From the IMG/VR virus record IMGVR_UViG_3300032288_004964, positions 248,001 to 312,000 of that record: DNA of 64,000 nucleotides. One strand, given 5' to 3'. Numbering within the stretch: the first letter of the stretch is position 1; every line of letters begins with the position of its first letter. Shown here piece after piece: positions 8,628 to 15,596 of this stretch. Below the pieces are notes generated by a model. The model did no database searches. It saw only the letters and a list, made by a program, of their open reading frames with translations, and was not told where the DNA came from. The position numbers were made by a program, and so were the translations under genes.

Positions 8628-8701
8628 AGGTGAGTAGCTTAGATGGTAAAAGCATGTGTCTTATACACACAAGATAGTGGGATCGTTACCCACCTCACCT
8701 A
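8628..8701 (+). tRNA. tRNA-Ile(TAT)
   Basis: tgtgt-CTTATAC-acaca; T-loop ATCGTTA. Confidence 0.85.
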
Positions 8702-8929
8702 CTGAAAAAAATAAAAATGAAAGGAAAAATGAAAAGTTGAAATTGAATTGTTGGTTTATTTATAGATGTGTTAATAGTAATATCTATTTTCACCGTGTTA
8801 AATAAGAATATTAAATGTCGTATTTATGAAAATGAATATGAGACATGGGTACCTGACTTAAACGGTAACATACAACGTAAAGAAACTAAAACAATTGTTA
8901 TTAACTTCTTAAGAAGATTAGGATAACAA

Positions 8930-9003
8930 GCAATAGTGGTGTTAATGGTTTAGCACATCTGACTTCCAATCAGAAGGTGTCGGTTCGAATCCGGTCTAAT
9001 GCA
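8930..9003 (+). tRNA. tRNA-Gly(TCC)
   Basis: tctga-CTTCCAA-tcaga. Confidence 0.85.
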
Positions 9004-9050
9004 CAAAGTGAGAAAACACTTAAAAACCATCCCACCAGGATGTAAAAATC

Positions 9051-9133
9051 GCGGGTGTAGTATAGTGGAGGCGAAAGCCGTATTATATCGGTCTTCCAAA
9101 CCGAAGATGTGAGTTCGATTCTCATCACCCGCT
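9051..9133 (+). tRNA. tRNA-Gly(TCC) with D-loop hairpin insertion
   Basis: tcggt-CTTCCAA-accga; ggc-gaaa-gcc in the D-loop. Confidence 0.85.
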
Positions 9134-9146
9134 CAAATAATGTAAT

Positions 9147-9222
9147 GGGGTTACATGTACCAAGGCTTAGGCGAGACTGCTTTGCAAGCAATCTGTGGTG
9201 GGTTCGATTCCCACTAGCTCCA
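9147..9222 (+). tRNA. tRNA-Ala(TGC)
   Basis: TTTGCAA loop; G3.U70 pair; atypical D arm. Confidence 0.75.
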
Positions 9223-9234
9223 CAAAAAAAACAA

Positions 9235-9307
9235 GCGAAAGTAGCTCAGTTGGTAGAGCGTAACCTTGCCAAGGTTAAGGTCGCGGGTTCGAGACCCGTC
9301 TTTCTCT
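9235..9307 (+). tRNA. tRNA-Gly(GCC)
   Basis: taacc-TTGCCAA-ggtta. Confidence 0.85.
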
Positions 9308-9308
9308 C

Positions 9309-9452
9309 AAGATAGTAGCAATGTAAGAGTGTTACTTCGTATTTCAAACGACTAGTTCAGGTTCGAATCCTGGGTTCCGCTCAAAATAATATAAGCGGAA
9401 TTAGTGTAACGGCAGCACAGTAAAAACACACTCAGCAAATTTTCTCTATCTT
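9309..9452 (+). ncRNA. YrlA/Y-RNA-like permuted tRNA mimic
   Basis: Long closing stem (agatag/ctatct, gagtgt/acactc, ttact/agtaa) enclosing T-arm, loop-closed acceptor stem, then D-arm. Confidence 0.6.
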
Positions 9453-9456
9453 ATTA

Positions 9457-9529
9457 GGGCCAGATGCCAACGGCAGGTCAACTCGCTTGCACCGAGATTG
9501 TTTGGGTTCGATTCCCACTGTGTCCACCA
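9457..9529 (+). tRNA. Atypical tRNA-Ala(TGC), encoded CCA
   Basis: ctcg-CTTGCAC-cgag; G3.U70; bulged acceptor stem. Confidence 0.65.
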
Positions 9530-9559
9530 ATGTATTTGGACAAGAACCTAAATTAAAAT

Positions 9560-9590
9560 AAAAAAAGCCTCATTTGATGAGGCTTTTTTT
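9560..9590. terminator. Bidirectional intrinsic terminator
   Basis: aaaaaaagcctcat-ttg-atgaggcttttttt between convergent units. Confidence 0.8.
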
Positions 9591-9592
9591 AT

Positions 9593-11056
9593 TTAAGATA
9601 TTTTAATTTTCATTTTTGTTCCGGTGTCTATTTTATCACAGGATAAATCAAATTTGTGTTCTTTTAATATGGCAAAACAGATATTTAGTCCAAGCCCGGA
9701 TTCACTTTCTTTCTCTACTGAATAAGAAGATAATATTTTATCAAATTTATTTTGAGTCAATCCTATACCATTGTCTTCAATAATTAAATATTCATTCTCC
9801 ATGTATATTTTAACTTTTTTACTTTCGCTTTTATTATATTTTAAACCATTTTTTATTAGATTATCAATAGCGTTCCAGAAAAGTGTCTCATTTACTATAG
9901 CATTTGGTAAATCTTCGACTTCTACTTGTGTAGAATATGATGTTGTGAGAATACATCTATTTAATAAATCTTTTAAATTTACATCAGTTTTATCTAACAC
10001 TACATTTTGTTTAACAAGATTGGTAAACTCATATACCGACTTATAAACTTTTTGAGTATGATTAAGTCCTTCTTTAATCATTTTAACTGGTCCATCAATT
10101 TTTAATTTTTGTAATTCTTCTGGAGTAACTCTTTTCTCTAAAGAGTTTATACCTCGAGGAATATAAGTATTTATACCAGAGTGCATATCATGTCTAATAA
10201 TTCTAGCGGCATGTTCTAAATAAGTATTCTTTTTATTAATATCTCTTAGTTGTTTTTCAATTTCTTTATCTTGTACTTTAATTGTTTTTCTTTGTAAAAG
10301 AGCAAGTATAGAAAGCCCCATAATTGAAGCACATATAATTGCCCATATTAAATAAGTTCTTAATTTTGATTTTTGAACTTCTAAATCTTTATTTTCTACT
10401 TGTAACTCTCCTTTAACAACAGTAAGATCTATTATGTCTTTTTCTTTAGATAATGTTTTAATTGTACCTGTCTTAGAATCTATTACTTGTTGATTAGCAT
10501 TAGCCTTTTGTAGTGAATCTTTTTCAAATATTAATTTTTTAATTTTGTTATCAATTTCTTCAGCTACCTTTTTTAAGTCTTCTTTTGATAAATTATCATA
10601 AGATTGTGGAAGATTTTTAATAAAATTTTGGTCATTCTTAACTTGATTAGCTTCATTTTCATCTAATTCTGCAGGAGTAGGTGCGGGTACCATTATCTCT
10701 TTGATAAGATAAATATACTCTTTAGAAGCAGATATTTGTGATTCAATAGGACGTATTTTTGAGTTAATAGACTTGTTGAACCACCAATTAGCTCCCTCAA
10801 ATTCTTTTCTCGAATAAAGAGCCAATCCTATTTCTAAACTAATTGATTTTTCTTCAGGTGATAATTCCGAATTTTCGCTATCTCTGATTTTATAGATATC
10901 AATTTTATCCATAAGATTATTAATGTAATTATCATCTGGGCAAATAGGAACTCCTTGGTCCCAAACAGATTCAACACTTTCTGTTGTATCTATCTTAGTT
11001 TGTGAATAAGAGGCCAAACAGATAAGGCTAAATAATATTAAGAAATATTTTTTCAT
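9593..11056 (-). CDS. Membrane sensor histidine kinase
   Basis: Signal peptide, TM helix, H-box RHDMHSG, N-box NLIKNGLKY, G1 DNGIG, G2 GLGL. Confidence 0.85.
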   Translation of the reverse strand: MKKYFLILFSLICLASYSQTKIDTTESVESVWDQGVPICPDDNYINNLMDKIDIYKIRDSENSELSPEEKSISLEIGLALYSRKEFEGANWWFNKSINSKIRPIESQISASKEYIYLIKEIMVPAPTPAELDENEANQVKNDQNFIKNLPQSYDNLSKEDLKKVAEEIDNKIKKLIFEKDSLQKANANQQVIDSKTGTIKTLSKEKDIIDLTVVKGELQVENKDLEVQKSKLRTYLIWAIICASIMGLSILALLQRKTIKVQDKEIEKQLRDINKKNTYLEHAARIIRHDMHSGINTYIPRGINSLEKRVTPEELQKLKIDGPVKMIKEGLNHTQKVYKSVYEFTNLVKQNVVLDKTDVNLKDLLNRCILTTSYSTQVEVEDLPNAIVNETLFWNAIDNLIKNGLKYNKSESKKVKIYMENEYLIIEDNGIGLTQNKFDKILSSYSVEKESESGLGLNICFAILKEHKFDLSCDKIDTGTKMKIKIS

Positions 11057-11153
11057 AGTGGTTGTATAATTTATTTTTAAAAAACTTCTTCAATCACTAT
11101 ATATATTATTTCAGGATTGAAAAACCTTTATAATATTATAATATATAATTTAT

Positions 11154-11291
11154 ATGAATGAGGAAATTGAAAAAATACTAAAAGAGATTGCTGAGAAAAA
11201 TATAGAAAAATTTGGACCACTTCATGAAGAATGTGGGATGTATCAATATTTCTGTAGATGTAAAACTAATGAAAAAAATCCACTTATATAA
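11154..11291 (+). CDS. Small hypothetical protein (45 aa)
   Basis: MNEEIEKILKEIAEK...; TAATATATA motif upstream, terminator downstream. Confidence 0.5.
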   Translation: MNEEIEKILKEIAEKNIEKFGPLHEECGMYQYFCRCKTNEKNPLI

Positions 11292-11303
11292 GTGGATTTT
11301 TTA

Positions 11304-11690
11304 TTAAAAATCAATAGTGTATTTAACACTAAACTGTTTTACTCCTGGATTATAGTTAAATTTTAATCCATTTATAAATATTGGTTTTAAAACAATTGTC
11401 TTATCTGGTAATATTTCTACATAATCATTTATAAACTTTTCAGGTTCATTAACCTTACCCTTTAAATCTATTTTTAATTCACTAACCGGATCTAAAGTTA
11501 GATTATTTGATTTAACCTTTTTATTAAATTTATAACAAGTATCTACTATTGATAACTTAGGCTGATTAAATTTTATAGATTGTGCTTGCATCTTACTAAG
11601 ACCTAAACTCAAAAATGCAGCTATAGATAATATAATATTTTTGAAGAATCCTTCTTCTTCATTTATAAACTCATCATACTTTTTAATCAT
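11304..11690 (-). CDS. Hypothetical protein with MIKKYDEFINE N-terminus
   Basis: ORF track; late-type motif upstream. Confidence 0.7.
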   Translation of the reverse strand: MIKKYDEFINEEEGFFKNIILSIAAFLSLGLSKMQAQSIKFNQPKLSIVDTCYKFNKKVKSNNLTLDPVSELKIDLKGKVNEPEKFINDYVEILPDKTIVLKPIFINGLKFNYNPGVKQFSVKYTIDF

Positions 11691-11729
11691 AATTGTATAT
11701 ATTATTTTTTTTACATATATTTGTAGACT

Positions 11730-12317
11730 ATGATTAAAATTTTAGGTAAAATCCCAAAAGGTGAGTTTGGTTTAGCATGTTCCGGTGGAGTTGATTCTAT
11801 GGCTATTCTTGATTTCCTTATTACCGGGAATCATATTCCACATATTTTATACTTTAATCACAATACAAAACATGGTGATGATGCTGAAAAGTTTATTACT
11901 GATTATTGTAAAGAAAAAAATCTTAAATTAACAATCGGTAGAACATATCTTAAACCAACTTCAAATAAGGAAAAGATTTGGAGTAATGCTCGTTATGAAT
12001 TCTTTTCAAAATTTGATTTTCCTATCATGACTTGTCACCACTTAGATGATTGTGTAGAAACATATATCTTCTCTTGTCTGAGAGGATTTCAATCTGTTAT
12101 CCCATACTCTAAAGGTAATGTGATTAGACCGTTCTTATTGAATGAAAAATCGGTATTTACTAAATGGTGCATTGATAAGGAAGTTCCATTTATTCAAGAT
12201 GATTCAAATGATTGCTTAGACTATTCAAGAAATAGAATTAGACATCAAATTGTACCTGAGTCTTTATTAGTGAACCCAGGATTGAAAACAGTTGTTAAGA
12301 AAATGGTATCAAAATAA
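11730..12317 (+). CDS. tilS: tRNA(Ile)-lysidine synthetase (short form)
   Basis: PP-loop SGGVDS, HHLDD, IRPFL, DDSN...SRNRIRH motifs. Confidence 0.85.
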   Translation: MIKILGKIPKGEFGLACSGGVDSMAILDFLITGNHIPHILYFNHNTKHGDDAEKFITDYCKEKNLKLTIGRTYLKPTSNKEKIWSNARYEFFSKFDFPIMTCHHLDDCVETYIFSCLRGFQSVIPYSKGNVIRPFLLNEKSVFTKWCIDKEVPFIQDDSNDCLDYSRNRIRHQIVPESLLVNPGLKTVVKKMVSK

Positions 12318-12377
12318 ATTTGATACTTTAATTTATCTTTCTTATATTTGTATAATTAACCACTTAAAAATATTACT

Positions 12378-12494
12378 ATGTCTAAGATGAAAGAAATTTA
12401 TATGGAAATTCAAGAACAATTTCCTAATGGTGAAATCCCTGCAGATTTTAATTTTGATGAGTATATTACTCAAAAAGTCTCTAAAATTAAATAA
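12378..12494 (+). CDS. Small hypothetical protein (38 aa)
   Basis: MSKMKEIYMEIQEQF...; host-type promoter upstream. Confidence 0.5.
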   Translation: MSKMKEIYMEIQEQFPNGEIPADFNFDEYITQKVSKIK

Positions 12495-12590
12495 TGTTAA
12501 TAACTAAGAGAAGGTGTTAATATCTTCTCTTCAACTATGCTTAAAAACTCCGTATATTTGTATAAACAATTAAAAAAAATAATAAACACT

Positions 12591-12923
12591 ATGAAAAATT
12601 TCTATCTATCACTAACTATTATGATTATTGTATTATGTGGTCTCTTCTTTATTACCAATGTCTTATTCGGTAATGGAAGTACATTGAGTCATAAATACAC
12701 TAAATCATATGACAGTCTTCAAGTCGGTAAAACCTATCAAATTTCTACTAAATTGGATAAAGACAATCCTTATGAGAAACCATTGATTGATACAGTTATT
12801 GTAGTTTCTAAAACTAATACTGAGAATGGCGCTTATGTAATGTATGTTCCTTCTGATGATACAACAAGTCATCGATCTGGTAAAGAAGAATTTCTGACTA
12901 CTATAATGAAAAAGATTAACTAA
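12591..12923 (+). CDS. Hypothetical membrane-anchored protein
   Basis: Start moved to 12591 because a promoter motif lies at ~12553; N-terminal TM. Confidence 0.65.
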   Translation: MKNFYLSLTIMIIVLCGLFFITNVLFGNGSTLSHKYTKSYDSLQVGKTYQISTKLDKDNPYEKPLIDTVIVVSKTNTENGAYVMYVPSDDTTSHRSGKEEFLTTIMKKIN

Positions 12924-12972
12924 AATTCTAAACCCACTTAAAAGAGTGGGTTTTTTATTTTATATATATTCT

Positions 12973-13344
12973 ATGTTAAAGATAGACTGGTATTTAGAGC
13001 ATCCAATTGACTTTGAGTATAAAAATTATATTCTACTTGACTATATTTTATCAATAGATAAAAGTTATCAAATTCATAAATTAAGCCCTTATCTTCTTTG
13101 GACAGAAAATCTTGTAAATGAGTTAAAATATTTTGAACTAAAAAGAAGTCAATTTTTAGAAAACACTAAACAAAATAAAATAATATTTACAGATGGTTCT
13201 ATAAGATTAATAAAAAAGACAATAGATGAGCCAGAAAGTATTAAAATAATAAAAGAGATAATTGACTACTCTACACCAATATTAGAATCAAAGATAAAAA
13301 CAGGGTATAAACTATTAGAAAAGTATCCACAAATTTTATTTTAG
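12973..13344 (+). CDS. Hypothetical protein
   Basis: ORF track; ATG at 12973 after a terminator. Confidence 0.65.
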   Translation: MLKIDWYLEHPIDFEYKNYILLDYILSIDKSYQIHKLSPYLLWTENLVNELKYFELKRSQFLENTKQNKIIFTDGSIRLIKKTIDEPESIKIIKEIIDYSTPILESKIKTGYKLLEKYPQILF

Positions 13345-13387
13345 AACATAGATTTACTAATATATACAAGTAAATAAATGTATTACA

Positions 13388-13552
13388 ATGCCAGCTAAAG
13401 ATAAAATGTTTTCTCTTAGAGTACCTGAGAAATTACTTGAAGATTATAAAAAATTCTGTGATGAAAATTCTATCAATATTTCAAAAAGACTAAGAAAGTT
13501 TATGGAAAGAGATATTGAAATTTGGAAATCTAAACAAAAAAATAAAGAGTGA
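13388..13552 (+). CDS. Ribbon-helix-helix-like small DNA-binding protein
   Basis: MPAKDKMFSLRVPEKLLEDYKKFCDENSINISKRLRKFMERDI fits the RHH pattern. Confidence 0.6.
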   Translation: MPAKDKMFSLRVPEKLLEDYKKFCDENSINISKRLRKFMERDIEIWKSKQKNKE

Positions 13553-13800
13553 GTGATAAAATTTGTTATATTTGTTTAAGTGATGATATCTATTATGATG
13601 TTGATGAACCACTTATTTGCGATATGTGTGATGAGTATTACTGTTATGAATGTTCATATACCTACTCAATTCATTATCAACATGAAGGATCAAGATGTTA
13701 TCAATGTGCTGACCAGAGTAGGAGAAAACCTTTAAACAGAAGAGACTATAAAATAGATTACATTTTAAGAAATGAAAAAATTAAAAATATTTTAAAATAA
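13549..13800 (+). CDS. Cys-rich zinc-finger-like protein
   Basis: Four CxxC pairs. Confidence 0.65.
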   Translation: MSDKICYICLSDDIYYDVDEPLICDMCDEYYCYECSYTYSIHYQHEGSRCYQCADQSRRKPLNRRDYKIDYILRNEKIKNILK

Positions 13801-13890
13801 ATTAGGCAGATATAAAACTTTTATCTATATTTGTATAAAATAATGACAAAATAAACAAAAGGGACAAAAACTTTTTAATATATATACACA

Positions 13891-14001
13891 ATGACAACAA
13901 TTAATTTAAATATGAACATGAATACACTGACAGTGGTGAATAATACGTTATGTATTAGACCTTGTGAGGGTTTTGATCTATTTAAAGGATTTGTCAATTA
14001 A
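13891..14001 (+). CDS. Attenuator leader peptide 3 MTTINLNMNMNTLTVVNNTLCIRPCEGFDLFKGFVN
   Basis: First 23 codons use only M,T,I,N,L,V,C,R, the amino acids of the downstream tRNA cluster. Confidence 0.85.
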   Translation: MTTINLNMNMNTLTVVNNTLCIRPCEGFDLFKGFVN

Positions 14002-14029
14002 TGTAACAAATTTTTAATAAAAGATACTC

Positions 14030-14062
14030 AAAACCCTCAGTCAAAAACTGAGGGTTTTTTTA
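14030..14062 (+). terminator. Attenuator terminator 3
   Basis: aaaaccctcagt-caaaa-actgagggtttt; perfect 12-bp antiterminator tgagggttttga(13965)/tcaaaaccctca(14028). Confidence 0.9.
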
Positions 14063-14075
14063 TTATAAGAAATTT

Positions 14076-14148
14076 GGACTGGAAGCTAGTATGGTACAGC
14101 TGCGGCCTGTTAAGCCGAGGATAGTGGGATCGTTACCCACCCAGTCCG
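14076..14148 (+). tRNA. tRNA-Asn(GTT)
   Basis: cggc-CTGTTAA-gccg; T-loop ATCGTTA. Confidence 0.8.
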
Positions 14149-14164
14149 CAAAAAGAAATAAAAA

Positions 14165-14243
14165 CGGTGCGTACCGAGCCACACTGATAATGTGGATATT
14201 CGTAATGGTGTTGCAAATGTAGGTTCAAATCCTATCGTACCGA
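14165..14243 (+). tRNA. D-armless tRNA-like gene with GAT (Ile) anticodon and long variable region
   Basis: cggtgcg/cgtaccg; ccaca-CTGATAA-tgtgg; GGTTCAAATCC. Confidence 0.55.
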
Positions 14244-14249
14244 CAAAAT

Positions 14250-14322
14250 GGTTCCTTCGTTCAACTGGACAGGACATCGGTCTTCTAAACCGAGGATATG
14301 GGTTCGAATCCCGTAGGGACTA
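14250..14322 (+). tRNA. tRNA-Arg(TCT)
   Basis: tcggt-CTTCTAA-accga. Confidence 0.9.
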
Positions 14323-14384
14323 CTGAGAGAGACCGTTTATAGTTTTTAACAGGACACAAGAGTGGAAGCGTAGAAAACTAAAAT

Positions 14385-14468
14385 GCCGGAGTGGCGAAAT
14401 GGTTAATACGCGCTAGCCTTAGAAGCTAGTGTCTATATGACGTGTGGGTTCGAGTCCCACCTCCGGTA
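14385..14468 (+). tRNA. tRNA-Leu(TAG)
   Basis: ctagc-CTTAGAA-gctag; long V-arm. Confidence 0.9.
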
Positions 14469-14500
14469 CTGAAGTGAAACTAAAGTTCACTACTAAAAAT

Positions 14501-14586
14501 TACTGTGTTGCCGTAGTGGCCGAACGGTCCAGACTGTTAATCTGGTGACGAATAGTCCAACGTAGGTTCGAATCCTACCACAGTAG
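14501..14586 (+). tRNA. tRNA-Asn(GTT) with long variable arm
   Basis: ccaga-CTGTTAA-tctgg; G73. Confidence 0.8.
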
Positions 14587-14591
14587 CAAAA

Positions 14592-14664
14592 GCCCCCGTA
14601 GCTTAATCGGGAAAGCACTTGTTTTACATACAAGATAGAGTCGGATCGTAACCGGCCGGGGGTA
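14592..14664 (+). tRNA. tRNA-Val(TAC)
   Basis: cttgt-TTTACAT-acaag; T-loop ATCGTAA. Confidence 0.85.
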
Positions 14665-14671
14665 CAAATAT

Positions 14672-14744
14672 TGTCAGTTAGCTCATTTGGTAGAGCACTT
14701 GTCTGATACACAAGAGGTGGTGGGATCGTAACCCGCACTGACAA
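14672..14744 (+). tRNA. tRNA-Ile(GAT)
   Basis: cttgt-CTGATAC-acaag; T-loop ATCGTAA. Confidence 0.85.
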
Positions 14745-14750
14745 CAAAAT

Positions 14751-14833
14751 GGTACTGTGGCCGAGCGGTGTCGAAAGACGAGAGGCAGTAGTCTGCAAAA
14801 CTACTCACACTGGTTCGAATCCAGTCAGTACCT
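14751..14833 (+). tRNA. tRNA-Cys(GCA) with D-loop hairpin insertion
   Basis: gtagt-CTGCAAA-actac; U73; gtc-gaaa-gac in the D-loop. Confidence 0.85.
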
Positions 14834-14845
14834 CAAAAAGAGTTC

Positions 14846-14917
14846 GCTCTCTAAGCATTAATGGTGATGCGCTAGTCTTGTAAACTAGATAAATCGGATC
14901 GTTACCGGTAGAGAGCT
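14846..14917 (+). tRNA. tRNA-Thr(TGT)
   Basis: ctagt-CTTGTAA-actag; T-loop ATCGTTA. Confidence 0.85.
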
Positions 14918-14922
14918 CAAAT

Positions 14923-15068
14923 CGGTAGGACCCTATATTCTGTGGTAACTTCTAGAGAAGCCACAAGATGAATCGGTCTGGGTTAAAAACCAAACTTGGT
15001 TATTTGATATTCTAGAAATCATCATTTAATTAAGATTGGGAAGGTAGGTTCGAATCCTACCCTACTGT
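14923..15068 (+). ncRNA. 146-nt tRNA-like RNA (acceptor stem and T-arm enclosing a multi-hairpin core)
   Basis: cggtagg/cctactg; gtagg-TTCGAAT-cctac; no recognisable anticodon arm. Confidence 0.5.
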
Positions 15069-15075
15069 CAAATAT

Positions 15076-15147
15076 TGTTCTGTAGCTCAATGGGAGAGCA
15101 CTTCCTTGACATGGAAGAGGTAGTCGGATCGTTACCGACCAGAACAA
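15076..15147 (+). tRNA. tRNA-Val(GAC)
   Basis: cttcc-TTGACAT-ggaag; T-loop ATCGTTA. Confidence 0.85.
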
Positions 15148-15148
15148 C

Positions 15149-15267
15149 TTAATGGATGGTGATTGAAAGAGTTACTTCGTTTAATGGAAAAACAATTGAC
15201 TTCTAATCAGTGCACGGTGGTTCGATTCCACCAGTATAAAACCTCTTTCTACCTTTTCCTCCATTAA
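15149..15267 (+). ncRNA. Y-RNA-like element carrying D, anticodon (TCT, Arg) and T arms on a long closing stem
   Basis: ttaatgga/tccattaa and gaaagag/ctctttc stems; shares GTTACTTCG...AGTA(T)AAAAC with the 9309 element. Confidence 0.55.
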
Positions 15268-15269
15268 AT

Positions 15270-15349
15270 GCTGATGTGGCACAGTGGCGACTGCACCAAC
15301 CTTGTAAGTTGGAACACAAACATCGGGGGTTCGAGTCCCTCCATCAGCT
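15270..15349 (+). tRNA. tRNA-Thr(TGT) with extended variable region
   Basis: ccaac-CTTGTAA-gttgg. Confidence 0.8.
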
Positions 15350-15356
15350 CAAAAAT

Positions 15357-15443
15357 GCTTCTGTGGCGAAATTGGCAGCACGCGAGGGACTTAAAATCCC
15401 TTGGACCGGAAAGTCCGTATCGGTTCGAGTCCGATCAGAAGTA
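15357..15443 (+). tRNA. tRNA-Leu(TAA)
   Basis: aggga-CTTAAAA-tccct. Confidence 0.9.
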
Positions 15444-15449
15444 CTAAAA

Positions 15450-15521
15450 TGCGATATAGCTTAATGGAAGAGCGGCTCCAGACATAGGGAGTTAGTCTTG
15501 GTTCGATTCCAGGTATCGCGA
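15450..15521 (+). tRNA. tRNA-Met-like with 8-nt anticodon loop (AGA-CAT-AG)
   Basis: gctcc-AGACATAG-ggagt; normal D and T arms. Confidence 0.6.
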
Positions 15522-15526
15522 CAAAT

Positions 15527-15596
15527 GGCGTGGCTTAGTGGAAAAGAGCAGTCTCTCATAAGGACTGATAAGTGGGTTCGAACCCCATACACGCTA
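15527..15596 (+). tRNA. Atypical tRNA with CAT anticodon (Met or Ile2)
   Basis: agtct-CTCATAA-ggact; short acceptor/D connector. Confidence 0.6.
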
